Translations under genes and position numbers: made by a program
Source of the DNA: Promethearchaeia archaeon
GTDB taxonomy: Archaea; Asgardarchaeota; Lokiarchaeia; Sigyniarchaeales; SOKP01
DNA length: 27,704 bases
NCBI GenBank assembly: GCA_029856155.1
Contig: JAHQWL010000066.1
Location: forward strand, 1-27,704
Direction of reading: 5' to 3'
Part shown: positions 8,934 to 18,205 of the stretch, one piece after another
How the letters are laid out: each line of letters opens with the position of its first letter
Numbering within the stretch: position 1 is the stretch's first letter
Notes under the pieces: model-generated
What the model was told of the DNA's origin: nothing
What the model saw: only the letters and a program-made list of their open reading frames with translations
Databases searched by the model: none

Positions 8934-10088
8934 ATGAAAGATACTGAGGAAATCGAACTTCAAGATGTAGATTTATTCGCAGAATATCTTGAATTTCAAA
9001 TGTTACCAAGTATCGTACAAGCTGCCGCTCAAGCTGTATTGCCAGGCGTTCCAGGGAAAGCAGAATGGACACCTGCCAAATTTTCGCTTGATTTAGAATA
9101 CCCTGGAAAAATTGAGACTGTTGAATTTGTTCGCTCAAATGGTAAAAAAGCTATAATCGGTGGTGAAGTAGTACCTCCATTTTACAATTTTCTAGGGTTA
9201 AGCAAGCGAAATCCCAATCCACCCCTCGTTACCTATGACGTGTTTGATATGGGCGCGAAAATGATGCTTCCTAAACCAATTAAAGAAGAATATGGAGATG
9301 TTTTAGCACACCCTGCTCAATGGGCTAAATTTGCCGTAGATAAATTTGGTGCTGAATGTATTACATTTCATTCTTTAGAAATCGATCCTGGTATGGGAGA
9401 TGCTCCTATTTCGCAATCAGTAAAGTACTTAGAAGAAATCCTTCAAGCGGTTGATGTACCACTTATTATTGGATGTTCTGGTAATAAAGAAAAGGATAAG
9501 CAACTCTTTGAAGCAACTGCTCCTATTACCGAAAGTGAGGTCTTGATGCTTTCCGCAGCAGACAAAGCTACTTGGGAAGATGTAATCCCTCTTGCAGTGA
9601 AATATGACCATAACTGCCTACTATGGACCAGTTTAGATTTAAATAATCAAATTAAAATGAATAAAGATGCATTAGAATTAGGATTACCTAAGAATCGAAT
9701 AGTGATGGACCCTACATGTGCAACTCTTGGCTATGGCATGGAATACTCTTTCAGTATTTATCAAAGGATGCGTGTTGCTGGATTGTTAGGTGAAACTGAT
9801 TTAGCATATCCAATAAGTGGAGGAACGACGAACGCATGGGGTGCTAGAGAAGCATGGATGAGTGAAAAACAAATGCCTGAGTGGGGATTACGCCAATATC
9901 GGGGGCCAGTATGGGAAATAATCAATGCCTTAAGTTTAAGTCTTGTAGGTTTAGATCTGGCAATGATGTTCCATCCTGTGGCTGCGAAACACGTTAAAGA
10001 AATAACTTCCCAATTTTTCGCTGAAGTTCCTAAAGTGTTAGACGATAAGGGCTATTATGATTGGGTTTCAGCAAATTTGAAAAAATAA
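8934..10088 (+). CDS. cdhD: Acetyl-CoA decarbonylase/synthase delta subunit (corrinoid Fe-S protein small subunit); the true start may be ATT at 8895
   Basis: IGGEVVPPFY, DVFD, AVDVPLIIGCSGN, IVMDPT..LGYGMEYS, NAWGAREAW, RGPVWE and MMFHP motifs. Confidence 0.93.
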   Translation: MKDTEEIELQDVDLFAEYLEFQMLPSIVQAAAQAVLPGVPGKAEWTPAKFSLDLEYPGKIETVEFVRSNGKKAIIGGEVVPPFYNFLGLSKRNPNPPLVTYDVFDMGAKMMLPKPIKEEYGDVLAHPAQWAKFAVDKFGAECITFHSLEIDPGMGDAPISQSVKYLEEILQAVDVPLIIGCSGNKEKDKQLFEATAPITESEVLMLSAADKATWEDVIPLAVKYDHNCLLWTSLDLNNQIKMNKDALELGLPKNRIVMDPTCATLGYGMEYSFSIYQRMRVAGLLGETDLAYPISGGTTNAWGAREAWMSEKQMPEWGLRQYRGPVWEIINALSLSLVGLDLAMMFHPVAAKHVKEITSQFFAEVPKVLDDKGYYDWVSANLKK

Positions 10089-10112
10089 TTTTCAATTCTT
10101 TTTTTTCTCTTT
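10089..10112 (+). terminator. Oligo-T archaeal terminator-like tract after cdhD
   Basis: T-rich tract with a long T run immediately after the TAA stop. Confidence 0.45.
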
Positions 10113-10217
10113 ATTGTTAGCAACATGAACTCCTAGATTTGTATACCTATTGAAATTATCCAATAAAACAAAAAAAAATCTCTTATATATTAATAATTAA
10201 TATATTTTATATATCTG

Positions 10218-10421
10218 TTAAGGAAGTTTTGCATCTGGACGAGCTTCCGTAGCTGGTTTACCTTCTATACCCCAATGAGTCTTTGGGATTTCATGAACAA
10301 TGACTTCTACTGCTTGGGCGGGAATACCCATATCGACAAAAACTTGAGTTATTCCCGCTATTATTTGTCTAACACTCTCTTCAGAAATTCCTTTCCACAT
10401 ATTTACATGAACTACTGGCAT
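10218..10421 (-). CDS. 4-oxalocrotonate tautomerase family protein
   Basis: N-terminal catalytic Pro (MPVVHV), VEVIVHEIP..HWGIEG motif, 67 aa; AGGTG SD upstream. Confidence 0.9.
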   Translation of the reverse strand: MPVVHVNMWKGISEESVRQIIAGITQVFVDMGIPAQAVEVIVHEIPKTHWGIEGKPATEARPDAKLP

Positions 10422-10656
10422 ATCATAACACCTTAATTTATATAATATAATTTAATAAAAAAATAGTTAATTTTTTTTCTTTAGCAAATTTAATTCCTTA
10501 AACTATTTTTTATTCTTATTTTATATTAAAATTAAAAATTATTAAGTATTAAATCCTAAGATAATTTAAGAACTCCATAACCATTTTTTCATCCTGTTTA
10601 CATACGTCAAATAACATAAATAAGAAAGATAAAATAAAATCAGAAAATAGTATCCT

Positions 10657-12471
10657 ATGAGCAAATCCAAATTAGAAAGAAAACCTGAAGAATTAATTCA
10701 AGCAGAAAAATTAGTTATTGAAGGCAAGTTTGAAGAAGCCTATAAACTCATGGACAAATTTTTAGAAAGAGGAGAGTCCAATCTAAAAGATACATTATTT
10801 TGCAATCTCCTAAAAATTGATATAATGCTTCAACAAGGATTATACGAAGGTGCTATTAAGCTTGCGAATCAAACATATAAAGAAAGTTTAAGATTAAAAG
10901 AAAATCTCTTAGCTTTTGACGCTTTAAATTTAGAGATTATGAGTCTAATAAGTCTAAATAATTTGGATGATGTCTTAGAGAGAATTAAGGAAGGAGAAAA
11001 ACTCTTAAAAATCATACACCAGGAATACCCAATGGAGTATAAAAAAAAAAGTGCTTCTATAGAACTTCCTAAAGCTTGGTTTTACATCTACAAAAATGAG
11101 GCACCGGAAGTAAAGGAACATTTAGATCTTTGTATAACTTTATTTGAGGAAACTGGGGATAATCTGAAATTAGCTGACACCCTTATATCAACCGTAATGT
11201 ATTATGCGCTTATAAAAGGTGAATTCGATCAGGCTATAAAGAATATAGAAAAAGGGTTAGAAATTTCAACAAACTATAACTGGAAATATGGGAAAGCAAT
11301 GGGGCTTCTTGCTAGGGGAACAGTATTCAGTTTACAAGGAGATTTAGAACAAAGTACCATATATCATGAGCAAAGTTTAGCTCTTTTTAAGGAACTCAAC
11401 AATAAAGATTACATAGCACACGTTCTCAATAATCTGTCATGGAATTATATGATTGTAGGAGATATGGAACGATCTCTCGAATGTATAGAATCAAGTATGA
11501 AATATCGCAAAGAACAGGGAAAACTAAAGGTGTTGGCTTCTAATTATGATAATTTAATTGAAATTTTAATTGAAAAAGGAGATCTTGAAAAAGCTCAGAA
11601 GGCGATTGAACAACTTGAGCTCCTCAAGAATCAATTAAATGATAAACAAATTAATTTGCAGTATCTTTGTGATAAAGCATTGATATTGAAAACCAGCCCT
11701 CGTTCTCGTGATAGGATCGAAGCTGAGGATATTTTAAAAATAATTATTGAAGATGAGACAATTCATTATGAAATGAAGATACAATCCCTACTTAACTTAT
11801 GTGAATTATTACTGGTTGAATTGCGTATCAGCAATGATTTAAGTGTTCTGGATGAAATAAAATCTTTTACTGCTCAACTACTAGAACTTGCTGAAAAGGG
11901 CCATTCTTTCATTTTATTTACTGAAATCTACTTTCTAAAAGCGAAATTGGCTTTATTAACCTTAGATCTAAGAAATGCTCGACGCTTCTTAACACAAGCA
12001 CAGAGAATAGCTGAAAGATTTGGATATATTCAATTGGCAATTAAAATTTCTCAAGAACATGAAAAACTGCGGAAACAATTAAAAATATGGCATAATTTAA
12101 GAGAGAAAGAAATCTCTTTATCGGAACGGATGAAGTTAGCAGGAATGGACGAACATATGAAATATCTCCTCCAAAAACGTGCCAGTTTAACTACTCAAGT
12201 TAAAGAAGATCAAATTACAGTGCATAAGGAACGGAAAATCTGTACAGTCTGTAAAGGAGATATTTTAGGTTATATGTACGCATGCAAATGCGATGCTCTC
12301 TATTGTGAAAAATGCGCTCGGGCGTTAACTGAAATTGAAAATGCATGTTGGGTGTGTAATACACCGATTGATATAACTAAGCCTATAAAGCCTTATAAAG
12401 AAGAAGAAGTCGGAAAAAAAGACATTATAAAAAAGTTTTATAAAAATCAGAAAGAAGATGATATTCCTTAA
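10657..12471 (+). CDS. Tetratricopeptide-repeat protein with C-terminal Cys8 RING-like zinc finger
   Basis: Helical repeats such as GDLEQSTIYHEQSLALFKEL and GDMERSLECIESSM; C-terminal CxxC-x10-CxC-x4-CxxC-x10-CxxC. Confidence 0.85.
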   Translation: MSKSKLERKPEELIQAEKLVIEGKFEEAYKLMDKFLERGESNLKDTLFCNLLKIDIMLQQGLYEGAIKLANQTYKESLRLKENLLAFDALNLEIMSLISLNNLDDVLERIKEGEKLLKIIHQEYPMEYKKKSASIELPKAWFYIYKNEAPEVKEHLDLCITLFEETGDNLKLADTLISTVMYYALIKGEFDQAIKNIEKGLEISTNYNWKYGKAMGLLARGTVFSLQGDLEQSTIYHEQSLALFKELNNKDYIAHVLNNLSWNYMIVGDMERSLECIESSMKYRKEQGKLKVLASNYDNLIEILIEKGDLEKAQKAIEQLELLKNQLNDKQINLQYLCDKALILKTSPRSRDRIEAEDILKIIIEDETIHYEMKIQSLLNLCELLLVELRISNDLSVLDEIKSFTAQLLELAEKGHSFILFTEIYFLKAKLALLTLDLRNARRFLTQAQRIAERFGYIQLAIKISQEHEKLRKQLKIWHNLREKEISLSERMKLAGMDEHMKYLLQKRASLTTQVKEDQITVHKERKICTVCKGDILGYMYACKCDALYCEKCARALTEIENACWVCNTPIDITKPIKPYKEEEVGKKDIIKKFYKNQKEDDIP

Positions 12472-12648
12472 AGGAGACAACTACTTTTACAAATGATTAA
12501 ATATTATAATATCGCGATAATTTGATTCAAACGAATATAAAATAACAATAATTTATTTAAGAGTATATTTAAATTCTAAGTTGTGATATTATAGTAAAAA
12601 GAATCTTCAATTTTATTAAGTTAAACTTGTAGAGAAGCTAAACGAAGA

Positions 12649-13332
12649 ATGTTAAATGATATAATTTTTTATTCAGAACAAAGATTACAGCAAATTGCCC
12701 ATGACCAAATATGGAACGGAAAAGGAACAGAAAGTGATCCTTTTGTAATAAAAAATGCGAATATTCTTGGTCAAGCAATATTAATTAAGAACTCAGCTTT
12801 GTATATTTCTTTTATAAACTGCAACTTTGATCGCGCTGAGTTTGAAGGGTGTCGCAATATTTTATTGAAAGATTGCACATTTGAAAAGCTAGTTTTAAAC
12901 AAAAGCAAAAGTTTCGCAATCAATACGAGCTATATATCTGATATAGAGCTATCAAGGATAAAGCAAATTACTTTTAAGAAAAGTATAATCATTGATATGT
13001 CCACAAAATTTAAGAGAATTAAAAATATCATTTTAGAAGATTGTCAAATAAATAACGACTTTTTGAATTATATACTAAATAATGACAATCGTGGATTTTA
13101 CCCAAAAATTAAAGAGATTATACAATCTTTTATGATCATGTTTGGCTATTTCATATTTTATCGACTCTTTTGGAGAACTTATGATTTAGAATATTCTGAT
13201 ATTGTAAATCTATTATTAATTTTTGGATTAATTGTATCTTTATAATTATTCTTATTGTTTTCTTTCTTCTGCAATTGCCTAGCAAGACGAAAATACCCTA
13301 AAATATTGAATTCCGCTGAAAAAAGCATCTAA
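12649..13332 (+). pseudogene. Membrane protein with GxGTxxDPxxI motif and beta-solenoid-like repeats, interrupted by in-frame TAA at 13243-13245
   Basis: WNGKGTESDPFVI, then repeats such as FINCNF, LKDCTF and LEDCQI. The frame continues after the TAA as LFLLFSFFCNCLARRKYPKILNSAEKSI* to 13332, completing the TM helix. Confidence 0.6.
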
Positions 13333-13460
13333 GATTTTTACCTTATTGGCATTCTAACTATTATAAAAATTTGTAAATTTAATGATATTTCATGTAAAAT
13401 TTAGTAAAAGTCATTATAAATGATATAAAGATAACGTAGAATGAAGTTCAGATTTTTAAT

Positions 13461-13775
13461 CTATAAACATTTCCAAGAGTCAACAAGTAATTGATATTCA
13501 AAGTAATCATCATGAATCTTAGATCTCGGATTTTTACGTGCACCCTCCACTTTTATCAATTTACCGATGATCTCTATTTTTTCTTCAGAGGTAATATCAT
13601 CCTTAGTATATATTAAAATTTGATACCCATCATCTAAATCGAAATAATTCATGTATGGATGAGAATCGACGAAGGTTGCGAGATGTTGCCACATTACTTT
13701 AGAAATTTTTCCAACAATTTTCACTTTTTCACCTACATTACCTGCAAAATCAGAATATGAGGAGATGGTTTTCAT
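13461..13775 (-). CDS. Hypothetical small OB-fold-like protein
   Basis: VGEKVKIVGKI...KIEIIGKL...YQLLVDSW strand pattern typical of OB folds. Confidence 0.6.
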   Translation of the reverse strand: MKTISSYSDFAGNVGEKVKIVGKISKVMWQHLATFVDSHPYMNYFDLDDGYQILIYTKDDITSEEKIEIIGKLIKVEGARKNPRSKIHDDYFEYQLLVDSWKCL

Positions 13776-13864
13776 TATTATACTGTTTTAAGAAATTTTA
13801 ATCCAAGATGATATTAATATTTAAGATTAATAATTGTTTATCTATAGTGTAATTTTTTAATCAA

Positions 13865-14326
13865 ATGAGATCTTTGAGGGAATCTCAATTGGATGATAAA
13901 GAAGTTAGTAAATTTTGGAATGAAAACGCAGAGATTCTTCCACAAGCTAAACAGTTCTACAAAGGAATTCTTATTGCTTTAAATCGGGGTATTCAAATAA
14001 AGTATTTATGGAGTTGTGAATTTGATGAGAGCCCATTATCAGAAGAACAAAAAGCTAGTAACGAAAATCTCTTCAAAAAATTATCTAAGAACCTTTAGGA
14101 ATTATTCAACTTATCTTCAAAAAACCATAAATTTGAAATGAGATTTATACAGAAGAGAATTCCTACTTTTTATGATATATTTGATAATAATAGAATATTA
14201 ATAAAACTCCAAAATCCTTTTAAACCATGGCAAATTTTTGCATGTTTAAATGTTTTATATCCCGTTTTGGCACATGATTTAACTGAAAAATATGAAAATA
14301 TGTGGTTATTTGACGCGATTAGATGA
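13865..14326 (+). pseudogene. Remnant of a TrmB-like regulator C-terminal (PLD-fold) domain; 5'-truncated, with in-frame TAG at 14096-14098
   Basis: ORFs 13865..14098 and 14138..14326 are in the same frame and are joined by the open stretch ELFNLSSKNHKFE. Motifs ALNRGIQIKYL, FYDIFD and LAHDLTEKYENMW are present. There is no upstream HTH (stop at 13850-13852). Confidence 0.6.
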
Positions 14327-14346
14327 AAAAAATAATAAAATTAATT

Positions 14347-14574
14347 TTAAGCTTTTTCAATTTTTAAATAAAAATTTTCTCCTTCAGTCTTGAACTCTAA
14401 GATTTTATCTTCAATTCTATCTAAATATCGTTTAATATTTTCTCCTGCCTCTGCGTAATCACCAGTAACTTCCAATATTTCTCCACTATTCATCTCAAGA
14501 AGTTGTCTCTTAGTCTTCGCTACAGGCATCGGACAAACAAGACCAGAACAATCTAATTTATATGAACCTGTCAT
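14347..14574 (-). CDS. tusA: TusA/SirA-family sulfur carrier protein
   Basis: LDCSGLVCPMP (CPxP motif), GEILEV, 75 aa. Confidence 0.9.
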   Translation of the reverse strand: MTGSYKLDCSGLVCPMPVAKTKRQLLEMNSGEILEVTGDYAEAGENIKRYLDRIEDKILEFKTEGENFYLKIEKA

Positions 14575-14595
14575 TTTTTAATCAGTACCTTAAAA

Positions 14596-14955
14596 TTAGC
14601 TAAATAATATATTATCAGCTTCTTCGCACATTTCAACAAATCCATTCATAGTAGTTTTTGCAATTCCATCTATTAGTTCATCATCAGATAATCCACGTGC
14701 TTTCATACATACACCACAAGCTTTAACTTTTGCACCTTCAGAAATTACATCAGTCATCCATCTTCCTACATTATCATATGTGGTTGGATCTTGATTCTTC
14801 TTTCCCACAAAAACACCATCCTCAACTAAGAATATATTTACCTTATGTTCTTCCAATATTGCAGTGTAGGCAAATCTTAACATAGTATAGGGGCGTTCAC
14901 TTGTGTAAGCACCATCTCCAATAACAATAGTAAATATTTTCCTTTTTTCTGACAT
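14596..14955 (-). CDS. DsrE/DsrF-like family sulfur relay protein
   Basis: IFLVEDGV and ACGVCMKARG motifs, 119 aa. Confidence 0.88.
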   Translation of the reverse strand: MSEKRKIFTIVIGDGAYTSERPYTMLRFAYTAILEEHKVNIFLVEDGVFVGKKNQDPTTYDNVGRWMTDVISEGAKVKACGVCMKARGLSDDELIDGIAKTTMNGFVEMCEEADNILFS

Positions 14956-15048
14956 TTTTGCTTTTCCTCTATTAGTGTTAAGTCTAAAAGTAGTTTTGTT
15001 TCTGCAATTACTTAAAATTAAGACATTTATTAAATTTTTCGTATGGTT

Positions 15049-15125
15049 CTATTAAAAAAATCGATAAATACTAATAGTTTAATTATCTTATATTTTAAAT
15101 AGTATATTAGATATTTCAAATCGAT
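15049..15125. promoter_or_regulatory. Putative LysR-type operator boxes in the dsrE/lysR divergent intergenic region
   Basis: Two T-N11-A boxes ending in AAATCGAT (15051-15065 and 15111-15125); CTATTA...TAATAG dyad at 15049-15077. Confidence 0.35.
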
Positions 15126-15132
15126 TTAAATC

Positions 15133-16050
15133 ATGAATATTGAATACCTAAGAAACTTTATTAAACTAACTCAATATAAAAGTTTCTCAAAATTAGCAAA
15201 TAAAATTCCTATCTCGCAGAGCACATTATCTCATCAAATATCTCAGTTAGAAAAAGATTTTAGTGGAGTTATGCTAATTGATAGAACTACAAAGAAATTT
15301 GAGTTAACTAAAGCTGGAAAAGTTTTCCTTGAACATGCACAACGGATAATAGAGTTGTATGATAATTGTAAACTAGAAATATCTAAATTCAAGAATCAAA
15401 TTGAAGAATCGATTATTATATCAGCTTCAACCATTCCTGGATCTCATATCTTACCCCGATATGTAGCAGATTTTAGAAATAAAAATCCAAATGTAAATTT
15501 CAAAATTTTGATTAATAATTCTCAAAAATCAATTGAAAATCTACAATATGGGAAGGTTGATTTCGCTGGTATTGGTAGTTTTATGGGTTATAATGAGAAA
15601 GAGTTTGAATTTATCAAAATAGGTGAAGATAAATTTAAATTTATATGTTCACCCAATCATGAATTGCTTCAAGCCAGAAATATAATTAATTTTGATAAGC
15701 TAATTAAATATCCCTTTGTATGGAGAGAAAAAGGTTCGGGAATGAGAGAAACATTTATGCACCAATTTCCAGATTATAAGAAATTAGATATTGAATTAGA
15801 AATTAATGATAATGACTCGATTATTTCTACTGTTAGTGAGTCTAATTATATTAGTATAATGAGTGAAATAATGGTTGATAAAGCAGAATCAGCGGGTTTG
15901 ATTAAATCCTTAAAAATTAGAGATTATCCCGTTATCGCTAAAAGAGCCTTATATTTTGTTAAAATTAAAAATAAAAAGTTAAGCAATCTTAAGGAAAAAT
16001 TCTGGAATGAATTAGAAATAGGATTTGAAAACAATTTTGAACAAAAATAA
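15133..16050 (+). CDS. LysR-family transcriptional regulator (CysL-like substrate-binding domain)
   Basis: N-terminal HTH SFSKLANKIPISQSTLSHQISQLE..LIDRT; SASTIPG and REKGSGMR motifs. Confidence 0.92.
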   Translation: MNIEYLRNFIKLTQYKSFSKLANKIPISQSTLSHQISQLEKDFSGVMLIDRTTKKFELTKAGKVFLEHAQRIIELYDNCKLEISKFKNQIEESIIISASTIPGSHILPRYVADFRNKNPNVNFKILINNSQKSIENLQYGKVDFAGIGSFMGYNEKEFEFIKIGEDKFKFICSPNHELLQARNIINFDKLIKYPFVWREKGSGMRETFMHQFPDYKKLDIELEINDNDSIISTVSESNYISIMSEIMVDKAESAGLIKSLKIRDYPVIAKRALYFVKIKNKKLSNLKEKFWNELEIGFENNFEQK

Positions 16051-16088
16051 TCTTTAAGTTGTTTATGTGTGAATCTCTTATCATTTAA

Positions 16089-17591
16089 TTAAACTCTAAC
16101 CCTAATTTCTCTCTTTCGAAGATATATTTTTAAATCTCTTATAGACATAATTTTATAATGAAATAATGAGGCGGCTAAAACAGCTTCAGCTCCCACATTA
16201 ATCGCTTGAAAAAAATGGTTATAATCTCCCGCACCTCCCGATGCTATTATAGGTATGTGTAGTGAATTTGAAAGCATTTGAATTAAATCCAAATCATAGC
16301 CAGATTTAGTTCCATCTTTATCCATACTGGTAAGAAGAATTTCTCCTGCACCTCTCCTAACTGCTTCTTTTGCCCAATTTAATACATCCAAACCAGTTGG
16401 TTCCGTTCCTGATTTAATATATACTTCCCAGTTGGTTTCAGTCTTTTTTGCATCAATAGCAAGTACAATACTTTGAGTACCAAATTTTAGAGATCCTTTA
16501 TTAATCAGTGAAGGATCTTTCACAGCTGCCGTGTTTATACATACCTTTTCTGCTCCTGCTTTTATAATTTGAGTCATCTCGTTAAGATTGCTTATTCCTC
16601 CTCCAACAGAAAAAGGTATATTTATATTTTCGGCTACAGATTTTAGTGTTTCCATCATTATTTGGCGTCCCTCGAGGGTTGCAGATACATCGAGAAAGAT
16701 CAATTCATCGGCTCCTTCTTGGTTATAGAATTTAGAAAGAACTACTGGATCTCCACTGTCTCTTAAATCTTTAAATTTTACACCTTTAACAACCCTTCCG
16801 TCCTTTATATCAAGACAAGGTATGATTCTTTTAGTTAAATTAGTCGGATTATACTTTATAATTAATGATCTAAATTCATTTTCTAATATTCTATTTCTAT
16901 ATAAAGCTTCTCCAATAATTATCCCATTTGAGTAATTAAGTACACTTTCAACATCTTTCTTCGTTCTAATTCCTCCAGATGCAATTATTTCTGAATCTCT
17001 TTCTTTTAAAGAAACAAGCTCTTTATATAATTCAATATTTGGTCCAATTGAAGTGCCATCCCGTGAAATATCAGTAATTATAAAATGAGAAATTCCTATT
17101 TCTTCTAACTTTTTTAACATCGTATTCAAACTAACTCTTGTATTACTCTGCCAACCTTTTATCATCACATTATTATCCATTACATCTAAAGAGACAATTA
17201 TTTCATCTTGAAATTTCTTTACTAGTTTTTGAGTTAGCTCTAGATTTTCAACTGCTATTGTACCAATTATAACATTATTAACACCCCTATTCAGTAGATT
17301 TTTTATTGTTTTTTCTTTTCTAATTCCTCCTCCAACCTGAATTTTACAATCCCAATTATTACATAATTCAGACAATGACAAAATAACATCAAAATTAGGA
17401 GTATTTTCAAATTCTCCAAATTTAGCTCCGTTTAAATTGATAACATGCAAATGGGTTGCTCCTTGTTGACAAAAACTTTCAGCAATTTTGATTGGATTTT
17501 TTGAATAATAATTGATTTTTTGAAAATTTCCTTGATATAATCTGACAACTTGTTCGTTATAAAGATCAATTGCTGGAATAATTTTTTTCAT
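16089..17591 (-). CDS. hisAF: HisA-HisF fusion (ProFAR isomerase + imidazole glycerol phosphate synthase cyclase subunit)
   Basis: Residues 1-250: IIPAIDL..VVRLYQG, QVGGGIR, TDISRDGT, ASGG. Residues 251-500: KRIIPCLD..GRVVKGV, GADELIFLDV, GAGEILLTSMDKDGTKSGYD, AVLAASLFH. No stop between the halves. Confidence 0.95.
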   Translation of the reverse strand: MKKIIPAIDLYNEQVVRLYQGNFQKINYYSKNPIKIAESFCQQGATHLHVINLNGAKFGEFENTPNFDVILSLSELCNNWDCKIQVGGGIRKEKTIKNLLNRGVNNVIIGTIAVENLELTQKLVKKFQDEIIVSLDVMDNNVMIKGWQSNTRVSLNTMLKKLEEIGISHFIITDISRDGTSIGPNIELYKELVSLKERDSEIIASGGIRTKKDVESVLNYSNGIIIGEALYRNRILENEFRSLIIKYNPTNLTKRIIPCLDIKDGRVVKGVKFKDLRDSGDPVVLSKFYNQEGADELIFLDVSATLEGRQIMMETLKSVAENINIPFSVGGGISNLNEMTQIIKAGAEKVCINTAAVKDPSLINKGSLKFGTQSIVLAIDAKKTETNWEVYIKSGTEPTGLDVLNWAKEAVRRGAGEILLTSMDKDGTKSGYDLDLIQMLSNSLHIPIIASGGAGDYNHFFQAINVGAEAVLAASLFHYKIMSIRDLKIYLRKREIRVRV

Positions 17592-17592
17592 A

Positions 17593-18201
17593 CTATAACC
17601 TCTCCTTTATCATCGAGACAAAATACTCTAAAATCTTATTTCCCGGTTCTTTACTTTTTTCCGGGTGAAATTGTGTTCCTAATATATTCCCTTTTTTGAT
17701 TATGGCGGGAAAAAATCTACCATGGAGAACATAATTAATAATAACTTTGATATCATGAGGTTTACAATAATACGAGTGATTGAAATACACATAACCATTA
17801 AAATCAGGTTTTAAAACTGGGATAAGACGATTCCATCCTGTATGAGGAATTCGAATTGATAAAGAATTGTTTAACTTAAATACTTTTCCAGGTATCAGGT
17901 TAAGACCTTTTGCATTCATGGTTTCTTCTGAAGTTGAAAATAATAATTGCATACCCAAACATATTCCTAAAGTAGGTATTCTCCCTATATTCGCTTTTAA
18001 GTAATCAAACAAACCAATTTCTGTAAGTTTGGTTATTGCATCACCAAACGACCCTACACCAGGGAGTACAATCCCTCTTGCTTTTTGGATTAAAGAAAGC
18101 GCATGAGAAATCCTCACATCAGCATAATATTGTTCAATGCTTTTTTGAATTGAGCGAAGATTACCAGAACCATAATCAACGATAATTATTATTATTAACA
18201 C
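17593..18201 (-). CDS. hisH: Imidazole glycerol phosphate synthase glutaminase subunit; start is either GTG at 18201 or ATA at 18192
   Basis: IVDYGSGNLRS, LPGVGSF, GICLGMQ, PHTGWN and QFHPEKS motifs. The listed start at 18267 lies inside hisB and is unlikely. Confidence 0.93.
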   Translation of the reverse strand: MLIIIIIVDYGSGNLRSIQKSIEQYYADVRISHALSLIQKARGIVLPGVGSFGDAITKLTEIGLFDYLKANIGRIPTLGICLGMQLLFSTSEETMNAKGLNLIPGKVFKLNNSLSIRIPHTGWNRLIPVLKPDFNGYVYFNHSYYCKPHDIKVIINYVLHGRFFPAIIKKGNILGTQFHPEKSKEPGNKILEYFVSMIKERL

Positions 18202-18205
18202 CTCT

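Noticed and set aside
12501-12519. Short palindromes ATATTATAATAT and TATCGCGATA
   Set aside because: Short dyads without supporting context in AT-rich intergenic DNA
14096-14098. Genome-wide TAG recoding to pyrrolysine
   Set aside because: hisC, hisB and hisH end in TAG at their expected C-termini directly before the next gene
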